DNA of 62,000 nucleotides, from contig NW_008806276.1 of the NCBI RefSeq assembly GCF_000400465.1, positions 20,001 through 82,000 on the forward strand, given 5' to 3'. Shown here in pieces: positions 23,550 through 34,817 of the stretch; the first letter of the stretch is position 1, and the number at the start of each line of letters is the position of its first letter. A model generated the notes under the pieces. It was not told the DNA's origin. It saw nothing but the letters and a program-made list of their open reading frames with translations, and searched no databases. Position numbers and translations under genes: made by a program. The DNA is from Wallemia ichthyophaga EXF-994 (lineage: Eukaryota; Fungi; Basidiomycota).

Positions 23550-24278
23550 ATGAATATGTCATTCACGCTGGGATTGATTGTGGGACAGCTCAGCGTGATT
23601 GCATTGCTGATGTTGATAATAAAGTATTTCATATTCAGCGATGTGGATGTGGCGATAGAGAAGCGTCGTCGGAAGAAGATGAAAGGGGAATTGCGCGCGG
23701 AAGGTGAGGAAGGTGAGGAGGATACGAAAGGGAGTACGGAGAAAGAGGAAAGCGTCGAATGGATGAATCTGCTACTAAAATCGTTGTACGCTGTTTATCG
23801 GCAGCATTTCAATAAAGTGGGCAAGGAAAAGATAGAGGAGATGCTAAATAGACGCAGAGGGGGAGTTATGGACAGAATCATCGTCAATGACGTCGGTATT
23901 GGTGACAAGTATCCTAATTTCAGTAATGCACGCTACACACAAGGAAAATGCTACTTGGATTTTGATTATAACGACGAATTGGAGCTGGATGTCACAACGA
24001 AGCTGATGATAAACTACCCGAAGCCGAGATTCGGGAGCATTCCAGTGGACGTGGTGATACGGCTGATAAGGTTTAGTGGGAGTGTATGGGTGGAGGTGGA
24101 TGGAGGGGAAATGACGGTGGGGCTCTCGAGCAACTACAACCTCAACATCAAGTGCCAGAGCTACGTCGGCAGCCGCGCAAAGCTGAAGGATGTGCCCAAG
24201 ATCGAGGAATTGATATACAACAATCTCGACAACATCCTCACCAACAAGCTATCCGAGTATAAATTCAAGATCGTGTAG
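23550..24278 (+). CDS. MMM1: ERMES subunit Mmm1 (TM plus SMP lipid-transfer domain), compact form
   Basis: SFTLGLIVGQLSVIALLMLIIKYFIF TM motif, ESVEWMNLLL, IGDKYPNFSNAR, LMINYPKPRFGSIPV, C-terminal SYVGSRAKLKDVPKIEELI. Confidence 0.85.
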   Translation: MNMSFTLGLIVGQLSVIALLMLIIKYFIFSDVDVAIEKRRRKKMKGELRAEGEEGEEDTKGSTEKEESVEWMNLLLKSLYAVYRQHFNKVGKEKIEEMLNRRRGGVMDRIIVNDVGIGDKYPNFSNARYTQGKCYLDFDYNDELELDVTTKLMINYPKPRFGSIPVDVVIRLIRFSGSVWVEVDGGEMTVGLSSNYNLNIKCQSYVGSRAKLKDVPKIEELIYNNLDNILTNKLSEYKFKIV

Positions 24279-24562
24279 CCATTGTAAAATAAAATTGATA
24301 ATCGCCTTCAATTCGGACTCTTTTCAGCGATCATCCGCCATCACCTGCGATCACCGAGTGTTTGATGAGCCAGAGCCAACAGCTGCCGACGCTCGAGCCC
24401 AAGGCATACAGTTCACTAGCGATAAACCAGAAGAACATAGTGGAGCTGAGTGGCGACAAGGATTTGTACCTGTTCAAGCTTGACAACATATCCCATCACC
24501 AGCCGAGCGAGCAGACGCAGAAGAAAGAGCCGTCCAAGTCTGAGCTGGTAGCTAGGAGATAT

Positions 24563-24920
24563 ATGACAGACTCGACTACGCCGTCTTCGTCGAGGATGTC
24601 GAGTGTGCCGAGCGTGTCGAGCGTGTCCATGTCGACACTATCCACGTTATCAAGGGACAGGGACACCCGCAATCACGCTCACGCTCACAGCCCGACGAAT
24701 CGGCAGCCACTGGCGTGTATCGGGTGCAGGAAGCAGAAACTAAAGTGTTTGGGTGGCAAGCCATGTCAGCGCTGTGACAAGAGAGGTGAGAGTGTTCTCT
24801 GTGGTCCTATCCACCCATCTGACTTTCTCAATTCCAGGCAAAGACTGCGTATACGATACGCAAGTGCGAAGACGTGGCCCAGACAGAATAGCAGGCGGAA
24901 GGCTCAAGCCGGGGAGCTGA
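24563..24920 (+). CDS. Very small (101 aa) Zn(II)2Cys6 binuclear-cluster protein; 2 exons
   Basis: CIGCRKQKLKCLGGKPCQRCDKRG, intron 24786-24837 (GTGAGA...CTGAC...CAG) supplies the sixth Cys: KDCVYDTQVRRRGPDR...*. Start at ATG 24563 is inferred. Confidence 0.72.
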
Positions 24921-25014
24921 TGCGATTATATTTATTTTATTACCCTTGTCCATTGTCCATTGTACCTGTACTATCTACACGCTCTTTATTCAGTTCCACC
25001 AACTCAACTGAATT

Positions 25015-25952
25015 ATGTCATTTTTCAAATCCGTCGGCGACAACGCCAAGAAGTTTTCCAGCCAGGGATTCGATATGGCTAAATCTGGCGCTAATTCTGC
25101 TTCCTCTTTCGCAGGCGATATCGCTAAACGACCTGAACTTGATTTCAGTCTGCCGAGGGAATGCGACAAAGCGGCAGAAATCCTTCAGTCTTTTCTAGCT
25201 AATCCGGATGACCCACTAAGTGCACTGAACAGCATTCCCAAAGCTGTACTCGAGCGTGCTAGCGGTTTGGCCGTGTTCAGGATAATCAAGGCGGGTTTTT
25301 TAGTAACGGGCCGCGCAGGTAGCGGTATAGTTATTGCTCGACTAGATGACGGTACTTGGTCAGCGCCCTCGTGTATAGCTACCGGTGTGAGTTGGCTTGT
25401 TTGTTGGCGTGGTTTACACCGTCCACACCCACACCGCACTCACACCCTACACAGGGCGTCGGCTGGGGTTTGGCAGTCGGTGCGGACATTACAGATTTCG
25501 TTGTTGTCCTCAACTCGAAAGACGCAGTTGACGCATTCACTTTGGCTGGCAATCTCACTATAGGAGGTAACATATCAGCGTCGGCTGGTCCTTTGGGTAC
25601 TGGCGGGGGAGTGCAAGCTGCGTTATCCGACCCCTCACCTCTATTCTCGTACTCCAAGTCGCGCGGCCTCTTCGCAGGCGTCAGTCTCGAAGGTACTGCT
25701 ATCATGGAGCGGAGAGATACAAACAGTGCTTTCTACGGCACTTCTATCCCCGCTAAAGACATTCTCGGCGGTCGTATACCCCCTCCCCAAATTGGTGAGA
25801 AGATGTACACCGTTATCGAGAACGCGGAGGACGTCGACGAATCGTCTGTGCCTTCTCGAACTCATGTTCCCCCTCCGCCACCCGGTAACTCCTCACAATC
25901 ACCTGCAACGTCTAGAGGACAGACCCTTTTCGACGCTGAAGGTAGATCTTGA
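25015..25952 (+). CDS. Ysc84/Lsb3-like SYLF (DUF500) domain protein without SH3; 2 exons
   Basis: LPRECDKAAEILQSF, IPKAVLERASGLAVFRIIKAGFLVTGRAGSGIVIARL..G.WSAPSCI; intron ~25386-25454; GVGWGLAVGADITDFVVVLN, YSKSRGLFAGVSLEGTAIMERRDTN..FYG. Confidence 0.85.
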
Positions 25953-26239
25953 TGGCGTGAGCTGAGATGTGCGCCAGAATATGCAAGGAGGAGAGACGGG
26001 TAGATTTGGAACTTTTATAGCACACTGAGCACTCTGAACAATTTTTACATCATTTGATTCATCTGATTTACGTGTACGACTTGATTCATTCAACTTGATC
26101 TCTATCTACGTGAGATATCTTCTAAATCATCGTCATGTTTTGTGATTTGTTGTGAAGTATGATGTCATGTAGTGTTTGATTACAACGAGTGAGAGAAAGT
26201 AAGAAAGGAGAAAGTCGTCAAGTGAGATGTGTCGTTAGC

Positions 26240-27265
26240 CTATTTATAATCATAGAACCCTTTCCCAGATTTCCTGCCAAAGTTTCCAGCCTGTACGAGT
26301 TCATCGAGGAGAGGGATATCCTTGACAATATCCTTGTCAATGCCAGTAAGCTCGCCTTGCTCTGAATATGCTTTTTCTTTCCAGCCTTCGAGAATATGTT
26401 TAAGAGTGTCCAAGCCTATAAAATCACAAAGTTGGAAAGGGCCCATGGGATGGCCAGCGCCGAGCATCATTGCAGTGTCGACATCTTGCACCGACGCGTC
26501 ACCTCTCTCGACCAAGCGAATAGATTCAGCGAGGTAAGGCACGAGGAGGCGATTAACGATGAAACCCGGGGTATCGGCACAAGCGACGGATTTCTTGCCG
26601 AGTTGGGTGATGAAAGTGTTGAGGCGATCCTTTGTGTCTTGGTTTGTGAAAGGGGTGGAAATCACTTCAACCAAAGCCATTTGAGGGACAGGATTGAAGA
26701 AGTGTAAACCAGCAAAAGATTTCTTACGTGATTCACCAACTAAAGCTGAAATTTCAGAAACGGAGAGAGACGAAGTGTTAGTAGCGAAGATGGTGTTAGG
26801 ACTTGCAAGCTTATCGATGGCAGCGAATAGATCTTGCTTAATGCGAAGATTTTCAATGATTGCCTGGAATTGTTAGTGAATAGACAAAGTCATGGATATC
26901 CAAAAACCCACCTCAATGACGATATCAGATTGAGATACGGCGATTGAAGGGTCAGTGGTTAGATTGAGGTTTGTGAGAGTGTTTTCAATGTAATCTTCCT
27001 GTTGCTGAACGCTCTCGGCAAATCTCTTCTTAGCAACACGTGCAAGGCCTTTCTTAACGATAGCATGACCGTTATCGATAGCTTGATTAGAGACATCAGC
27101 TAAAGTAACTGAATGACCAGACATTGCACTGGATTGAGCTATTCCAGCTCCCATTAAACCCGCACCGAATATTGTAACTTTAGTGTGTGATATTGGTGTT
27201 GTATGGAGTGTGCGTAGGTGGCTGGTTAAACCAATTAATCTACGTGAAGCAGATGATTGTAACAT
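26240..27265 (-). CDS. Mitochondrial 3-hydroxyacyl-CoA dehydrogenase; 2 exons
   Basis: Presequence-like N-terminus, Rossmann VTIFGAGLMGAGIAQ, VIE|AIIENLRIKQDLF, IFATNTSSLS, GLHFFNPVPQM, DTPGFIVNRLL, MMLGAGHPMGPFQLCDFIGLDT, GNFGRKSGKGFYDY. Confidence 0.95.
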
Positions 27266-27399
27266 TTTTAAATTTAATTAGTTATATCTTTGTTGTTTCT
27301 GTGTGTAGGTTGGGTGTGTTGGGTGCACTCTTACAACCATCATCATCACCTGCGTCATTTGAAATTATTTGTTTAATCAGTTAATCAGTCAATCTGATA

Positions 27400-30088
27400 A
27401 TGAATCAAGATGGTAATGATCCCGATAACCCAGATATCTCAAAACAACCTCCCATTGGTTCAAGAGCAGCGCGTGAACAGCACCAAGAACAACGCGTACG
27501 ACAGCGAGGGTGGGTGAATAATGACACGAAAAACACAACTAAGATCATTTCACAGTGGTCAAGTATACAGATCAGGTCCATTACAGCTAAATATCCCAAG
27601 GAAACCACCAGCACCACAACAACCCCGTCAATCCGGTGAAAGAGAGCGTCTACCCGTTCCATCACCATTCAATAACCCTCCAATGCGTACAACCGCTATG
27701 ACTAACCTCTTTCGTCACTCTCTATCTCGTTCTCGCAGTCCTATACCACAACAACAACAATCTCCTTCTCCTCTTTTTGCCAATGTTAGAAGCAGTAGCC
27801 AGAGGAGTTACACGAGCAATAGACCTGAAAACTTCCAAACACAGGCCACTCTCATCGATTCAGATAACGGTATTAACGGTAGTAGTCCAAACAGCAATCA
27901 CAGCAATCAGGGTCGAGCTGGTAGTCCGCAAAGCAGCTTCTCCAGTGGCAGAAGCAGCTTATCCAATAACAGGAGCAGCTCGAGTGAAGAAGAGAGAAGG
28001 CGGAGGATGCAGAGTGAGAGAAGTGCGGGCAGTGAAAAAAGTGCACTCAGCACCCTCGATAGAACAACCCAAACCAGCGAATTTCCTAGAGATAGACTCA
28101 CTGATATTGACTCAGTCAATCAGAAAGTAGACGGGCATGATAGAGACATACTCTTCGGAAATAACCCTCTCTTCAACGATATTGATAGCACTCCACTCGA
28201 TGACGGTGATATGTCAGCAGATAAGAGCATCCTTAGTGACAGAGAGAAGCGCATGTCCACCCAACTCATACAGAGCAGTCGCGCTACCCCTCCTCCATCC
28301 AACAAGCGCGAAAAGGGCAAAGGAAGAGTGAGAGGGGAGAGAAAGAAGGAGACGAATATGGATCCAGAAAGGGAGAAGGATATAGAGAAAGAAACAGAAA
28401 AGGAGAATAGCACTGTGGATAAAGCCCACCCCTCTACAGAGCCCACCGAGGACTTTGACAGCCTGGTCGCACCTACACCCCAACAAGCCCCCGCTTCAAT
28501 TAAAAAGAGAGCCCGTAAATCTGATACCAACGAGGTTAAGGAAAGAAAAAAGGCGCGTAAATCTGACAATAAAGAGGCAAAGAAAGCACGCAAGTCTGAA
28601 AACAAATCCAAGAAAATGCGTAAATCACGTGTGACAGAGGATGTAGATGTTAAAGCTGAAACTGATCAATCCCAGCAAGCCCAACAAACCCAGCCATCAA
28701 AGAAGAAGGAGGAGAAAAAAGAGAAGAAAAATAAGAAGGATAAGGCTGCAAGAGAATCCGATAGTCGTCAGGTTAGACGCAGGAGGGGTGGTGTCCAGGA
28801 GGTAAGATCTGATGAAGAAGACGAGACCAGGCCTAGAAAAAGCGAAAGCACAGTTTTCAAAGTACCAGAGTTACCAGCGAAACCAGTCAAACGTAAAAGA
28901 AAGTCAGCGATACGACATGCGTACAGAGATGGCAAAACACAAGCTGATGTGGATAGAGAAGATGCAGCAGCAGCAAAGGCAGCTAAAAACCTAGCGAGGA
29001 AGCGTAAGAAGGACAGACGAATTGATGACGAAGAGATGCATCTTTTCCACACAATCTCTCTATCAGACCAAACGACGATGAATCCATTCGCTCAAGATAT
29101 CGACAAAAAACATGAGGCTGTTGCTAGCAGGGCAATAGCGAAATCTCAACGACAAATAAACGAGATTGATGTGTTTTGGAATTTGCTCGTCAACGAGGTT
29201 GATGATGTAATTGATCAAACTGAGTCACGCACACTTTTGCACGATATCAGACATTTCAATGCACTCCTTGAGAAGGAGTTTACCGAGAAGGTGGGCAGAG
29301 GTCTTCTTGGTGTAATCACCTTTTTCACCTAACAATCCCCGCAGACGGTATGGTTTGAGTATTGCGTCGCTCTCAATGCTCGTTTGGCAACTGCTAAAGC
29401 GCAACAGAAGGATATGCGCAAACGGATCCTTGAGACCCAGAAGTCAATTGCACAAGTATCCAAGCAGATGGCTGGGGTGCAGCAGGATTGGACAGAGAGC
29501 AAGCTACATAGAGAAGAAATGAGCAAGTTGAATTTGTGGATGAATGATGTCCAGTCTCGCAGAATACCACTCGTGGCTGGAGAAGAGATGGATATCGACA
29601 AGAAGGCCAATGTGCAGCTTAAGCAAGAGGTGTCAGATATCTACTCAAGTATTGAGCTCATCCGAACAGTATACTCAGAGGATCCTGATAGCTTCGCTGG
29701 GAATGTACAGCGGTTTGGAAATACCCAAGATAACGCTGGGAAATGCAGGATGTATGGTGTCTTTGATGATGATGGGGAGACTCTACCGGCGGACGAGGAC
29801 TACGAAGACATAATTTATGAGATGGAGTGGGATAGCGCGGGTATTGTGGGAGATGGCAACATTGCAGCCGCGGAAAATGATCTAGATGAAGAGCAATCCA
29901 GCGACGAGGAGAGTATAGGCAGTGTTTCAAGCGAAGATGTCAGCATTGATAGTGATAGCGTGTTCGTGAGCGATGTAGGCGATGTGAGCGACGAAGAAAG
30001 CTCAAGGCAGGTTGATGACGATAGTAGAGTTGCTGCGACGACGGATAGCCCGAATTCGTCACCGTCGTCAGGACACAAAGATATCTAA
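27400..30088 (+). CDS. Uncharacterised low-complexity K/R/S-rich protein with C-terminal helical/coiled-coil region; 3 exons
   Basis: ATG 27400 exon joins ORF 27521-29332 via intron GTGGGT...CACAG; second intron (~29293-29344, CTAAC...CGCAG) joins TVWFEYCVALNARLATAKA and ORF 29384-30088 in frame. Confidence 0.7.
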
Positions 30089-30379
30089 TACGTGAATGTA
30101 ATTTATAGTTTTATTTGCAGCATATTTTATAGCCAAAGACATAGCCATGGGTTAGATGGCCAGCTTATACAGAAGATATAAGGAGAGAAATTAGGGATTT
30201 AAATACCCACACACTCACTCACACCCACTCAAATCGCCGTTAATTATCAAATAATTTTTTACCTGAGAATCGACTTGTGAAAAATCCTCCTGAGATGCTC
30301 GCCTAGCAACGCTCACGTCCAGGTAAATTTGAAAAAAACGAGAAAAGGGATAAATATTGATATACGCACGCAGGACAGA

Positions 30380-30882
30380 ATGCCAGCCAAGAACGTCACA
30401 CAAACCACCAACAAGGCCTTGTCAGCTCGCAAGCACACGCTCAAGGGTGGTCAAACCAACAAGAGTCGTAAGATCCGCACTCAAGTGCACTTCTACAAGC
30501 CAAAGACGTGAGTAGTGCGGGTATAGAGTTTGCGGGCTGTTTGCTCACCTAGATTCCTCGCAGTCTCCGTCTTCCAAGAGACCCAAAGTACCCACGTAAA
30601 TCAATTCCTTCTCGTGGCCAACTCGACCAATATCAAGTTATCCAGCTCCCAGTCAACACTGAGGCAGCTATGAAGAAGGTCGAGGATGACAACACTTTGG
30701 TCTTCACCGTCGACAGAAGAGCTAACAAGCGTCAAATCAAGGACGCTGTTAAGAAGTTATACGACGTTGACGCGGCAAAGATCAACACTCTCATTCGTCC
30801 TGATGCATCAAAGAAGGCTTTCATTAGACTCACTCCAGACCACGACGCCCTTGACGTTGCCAACCGTATTGGTTTGCTTTAG
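30380..30882 (+). CDS. RPL25: 60S ribosomal protein uL23 (L25/L23a); 2 exons
   Basis: [13 protein letters not shown]|[78 protein letters not shown]. Confidence 0.97.
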
Positions 30883-30942
30883 ATGGCTCTGGTTGTTTGT
30901 TTAACTAAAAGGCTTTTTGTTCATGCACGTGAATTAACATAT

Positions 30943-31726
30943 TTAATCTTGTCTCACTGGTATTTGGTGGAGTAATCCGAATCCAACGCCGCCTGAAGTA
31001 TTTAGACCTATTCTGATAATAAACGCCAAACTCACATCCCAATAAACCTTCCCCTCCCCATTGCCTGTTGGGTACTAGAACTACCTCACGCAGAGTATCG
31101 AAATCGAATGAGTAGACATAAAGCCTTAAAGGTTTATCTGTGTGCTGGTGTACGTGTTAATCTGTATCCTTCAATATCACCTACTCCTCACCATTTCCAC
31201 CAAATCATAGAAATCATTTTCTTGTCTGAGTACACCACCTGGCCATCCAATAACCCAATCACCGTATGGAACCAGACCAGCTGATTCTGCAGGACTTCCC
31301 GTGATAACTTCGAGTATATGCCAAACATTATCAAGTGCACTAGACATTGCCCTGTTTGCGTCACATGCTCTCAAAGTTAAACCGAGCAAACTGTCATCAA
31401 TTTCATTCCATTCTATTGAAGGGACTATCGATACGTCTGTTGAGCTTTAATGAGCCTGGAAATCCTCTAAATAACACCGCAAACCAACCTCTAAACGTCT
31501 GTCTCTTCGATGACCAGATTGTAATATTCACACGTCTATCCTTATGCTCCTGCACGATATCCTGCAAAGGTTTATCTGCCAATTCCTCTCCGTCGGCTGC
31601 CTCAGGCTTAGCGCACGTAATGAAATCGAAGAAAGGCTCAATTGATGCTTTAAACGCGGGTGAGTTACTCCTAACACGGACAACATGAAACCAAGTCTGT
31701 TCAATTGAGCTCGATTGATTTCCCAT
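30943..31726 (-). CDS. GRH1: GRASP55/65 family Golgi reassembly stacking protein; multi-exon
   Basis: MGNQSS (possible myristoylation), FHVVRVRSNSPA..ASIEPFFDFI, WHILEVITGSPAESAGLVPYGDWVIG, DKPLRLYVYS.DFDTLREVVLVPNRQWGGEGLLGC|GVGFGLLHQIP: two GRASP PDZ domains. Confidence 0.9.
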
Positions 31727-31781
31727 CGTTTTTTTATTCAATTCCTTGGTCGTTTCCTCTCAAGTGGACACAATCACAGCC

Positions 31782-34703
31782 ATGGCCACGCGTGCTAATC
31801 CACTAAAGAACAATGCCTCTAAATTCGCTTTCTTAACAATGCATCCTCCGCCTGGCTACGTTGCTGGATTGGGTAGAGGTGCTTCTGGTTTCACTACTAG
31901 ATCAGATATTGGCCCTGCAAGAGAAGCTGGCTCTATGGAAGATCCCGCTTCAGATTTACACTCAAATGCAAATTCAAAAGAAATTGAACCCGAGCAATTC
32001 CAGGATCCTGAGAATGAGACAGGTTTATTTGCAGGCACAGTTTATGACAGGGATGATGAGGAGGCTGATAAGATATACGATATGATCGACGATAAAATGG
32101 ATGAGAGGAGACGCGCAAAGAGGGAAGCCGCTGAGAAGAAATCTCAGGAAGCTCATTTAGCAGCTAACCCTAAAATCCAAACTCAGTTCTCCGATCTTAA
32201 ACGCTCTTTGGCTCACGTTAGCGAGGAAGAATGGGGCGCCCTCCCTGAAGCTGGTTCCCTTACCGGTAAACGTCGCAAGAACAACACTCGCAACGATGGT
32301 AAAAGTTATGTTGTTCCTGATAGCGTTCTCGCTGGTGCAAGAGAGAAAAACGAATTGAGCAGCTCAGTGGATGATGACGCTGGTGTTGCAACTCCCGCTT
32401 CCTCCGGAAATACCACAGATTTTCGTGAAATTGGTCAAGCTAGAGATAAATCCTTGTCTTTGCGTCTCGATCAATTGAGTGGTGCGAGTGGGAGTGGCAG
32501 TGCGAGTACTAGCGCTGGTACCCCCAGTAGTACTCAATCTAGCAATGATAGCTCCACCTTCACCCCTTCAACCTCAAACGCCACAGGGACATCAACCTCG
32601 GTTGATCCTAAAGGCTATCTATCCGGTTTGAACTCTGTTCAACTTAAATCAGACGCCGAGATTGGCGATATCAAAAAGGCAAGAGCTCTACTCGAGAGCG
32701 TCATAAAAACCAACCCAAAGCACGCCCCAGGTTGGATTGCTGCGGGTAGAGTTGAAGAAGTTGCCGGTAGACAAGCTGTAGCGAGAAAGGTCATTGCAGC
32801 TGGCTGTGACAACTGTCCGAAATCTGAAGATGTTTGGTTGGAAGCTGCACGTCTTAATATACCACAAGACGCAAAAGTCATCCTTGCCAACGCCATCAGT
32901 CACCTACCACAGTCAGTAAAGATATGGCTTAAAGCAGTCGATCTAGAGAACGATCCTAAATCTAAACGTAGAGTTTTGAGAAAGGCTATTGAGTATATAC
33001 CGAACAGTGTCAGGTTGTGGAAAGAAGCTGTAAATATGGAAGACGATCCACAGGATGCTCTCATCTTACTAGCACGCGCAACTGAGTTGATTCCATCATC
33101 AGTCGAGCTCTGGCTGGCGTTAGCTAGATTAGAGACACCAGAAAACGCCAAGAAAATTATCAACAAAGCACGCAAAACTATACCAACATCACATGAGATA
33201 TGGATAGCTGCTGCAAGACTACAAGAGCAAGTTGGAGCATCGAGCAATGATATTGATAAGCTGGTGAACAACGGTGTTGGATCTTTGAGATCATCAGGTG
33301 CTCTCTTATCGCGTGAACAATGGTTGAAAGAGGCTGAGAGAGTTGAGCAAGAAGGATCTCCGCTCACATGCGCAGCTATCGTAAAGGCTACTATTCATCA
33401 TGAGATTGAGGATGAAGATAAATATGCCGTTTGGATGGACGATGCTGATTCGTTGGAGGATAGAGGATCGATCGAGACTGCAAGAGCTGTCATTGCATTC
33501 GCACTCAAGGTCTTCCCTGAGCGCTCTAAGCTTTGGAGGCGAGCTGCTGAGCTAGAAAAGCAGCATGGGAATAGGTGGGTATCTCGTGTTGACTCAATCG
33601 CCAGGCTAACGAAGCATAACAGAAACACCCTCACAGATATACTCAAAACAGCTACACAAAATTGTCCGAAGGCAGAAGTACTCTGGTTGATGCTTGCGAA
33701 GGAACACTGGCTTGGTGGAGATGTGGACTCTGCTCGACAAGTCCTAGGTGATGCCTTCAACGCTAATCCATCCTCTGAAGCAGTCTGGCTAGCTGCTGTC
33801 AAGTTGGAAGCTGAAAATAACGAAATTAAGAATGCGAGAATGTTGCTCAATAAAGCAAGACTACAATCTTCCACTGAAAGGATATGGATGAAGTCTGCAG
33901 TCTTTGAACGACAGCATGGCAATAGCATCGAAGCATTGAAATGTGTAAATGAGGCACTCACAAAGTTTCCCACGTTTGACAAACTCTACATGATCAAAGT
34001 TGGTTTACTCGATGGTAATGTTGACGGCGGTGGTGATGATAATGGTAGTAGAAGCAACAACAAAGAGATAAGAGACACATTCGCAGCAGCGCTTAAGAAA
34101 TGTCCTCAATCACCCACACTATGGATACTGTCTTCACGATTCGAAGAAAAGATGGGCGTTATTATCAGATCGCGCGCACTGTTAGAGAAGGGTCGTCTCA
34201 TCAACAAAAACTGCGACATACTATGGGCAGAAGCTATTAGAGTGGAGGAGAGAGCGAATGCAGGAAATCAAGCAAAAGGATTACTCTCAAAGGCACTCCA
34301 AGAGTGCCAAACTTCCGGTCTATTGTGGTCTATTGCTATTTGGATGGAACCTCGACCATCTCGAAAGACAAAATCAGTTGATGCGTTACGTAAAGTGACA
34401 GATGATCCAACTATAATTGTCACAGTCGCTCGTATGCTTTGGATGGAAGGTAAGAAAGACAAGGCTAGGTCGTGGTTGAGTAAATCATGTAAAGCTGATC
34501 CAGACAATGGTGATCATTGGGCATGGTGGTATAAGTTTGAGCTACAAGATGGCACACAAGAAAATGCACAGAATGTACTGGAATCTGCTAAGCAAGCTGA
34601 ACCACATCATGGTGAAATTTGGCAGTCCGTAATTAAAGACGATGCTAATATCGGTAAAGCGTATAATGTACTAATTAAGCAAACGGCAAGCAAATTATCT
34701 TAA
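31782..34703 (+). CDS. PRP6: Pre-mRNA splicing factor Prp6 (U5-102K, HAT repeats); contains a 48-nt in-frame intron
   Basis: FLTMHPPPGYVAGLGRGASGFTTRSDIGPARE, SVDPKGYLSGL, IGDIKKARALLESVIKTNPKHAPGWIAA, repeated W...A..E HAT motifs, AEPHHGEIWQSV.K. First ATG is 31782. Confidence 0.97.
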   Translation: MATRANPLKNNASKFAFLTMHPPPGYVAGLGRGASGFTTRSDIGPAREAGSMEDPASDLHSNANSKEIEPEQFQDPENETGLFAGTVYDRDDEEADKIYDMIDDKMDERRRAKREAAEKKSQEAHLAANPKIQTQFSDLKRSLAHVSEEEWGALPEAGSLTGKRRKNNTRNDGKSYVVPDSVLAGAREKNELSSSVDDDAGVATPASSGNTTDFREIGQARDKSLSLRLDQLSGASGSGSASTSAGTPSSTQSSNDSSTFTPSTSNATGTSTSVDPKGYLSGLNSVQLKSDAEIGDIKKARALLESVIKTNPKHAPGWIAAGRVEEVAGRQAVARKVIAAGCDNCPKSEDVWLEAARLNIPQDAKVILANAISHLPQSVKIWLKAVDLENDPKSKRRVLRKAIEYIPNSVRLWKEAVNMEDDPQDALILLARATELIPSSVELWLALARLETPENAKKIINKARKTIPTSHEIWIAAARLQEQVGASSNDIDKLVNNGVGSLRSSGALLSREQWLKEAERVEQEGSPLTCAAIVKATIHHEIEDEDKYAVWMDDADSLEDRGSIETARAVIAFALKVFPERSKLWRRAAELEKQHGNRWVSRVDSIARLTKHNRNTLTDILKTATQNCPKAEVLWLMLAKEHWLGGDVDSARQVLGDAFNANPSSEAVWLAAVKLEAENNEIKNARMLLNKARLQSSTERIWMKSAVFERQHGNSIEALKCVNEALTKFPTFDKLYMIKVGLLDGNVDGGGDDNGSRSNNKEIRDTFAAALKKCPQSPTLWILSSRFEEKMGVIIRSRALLEKGRLINKNCDILWAEAIRVEERANAGNQAKGLLSKALQECQTSGLLWSIAIWMEPRPSRKTKSVDALRKVTDDPTIIVTVARMLWMEGKKDKARSWLSKSCKADPDNGDHWAWWYKFELQDGTQENAQNVLESAKQAEPHHGEIWQSVIKDDANIGKAYNVLIKQTASKLS

Positions 34704-34817
34704 CAAGTTGATAAATTTGGTATACAATATTTAAAGTCAAGTGTTCAAATCAAAATTATTTATTTTCTTCAATGAGTAACTCATGTTACTCATGTTGCTC
34801 AATAGAAATAATTTATT

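Noticed and set aside
24362-25198. 278-aa ORF as a single Zn-cluster protein
   Set aside because: It reads through the intron at 24786-24837, lacks the sixth Cys and runs into the YSC84-like gene; the spliced 101-aa model fits better.
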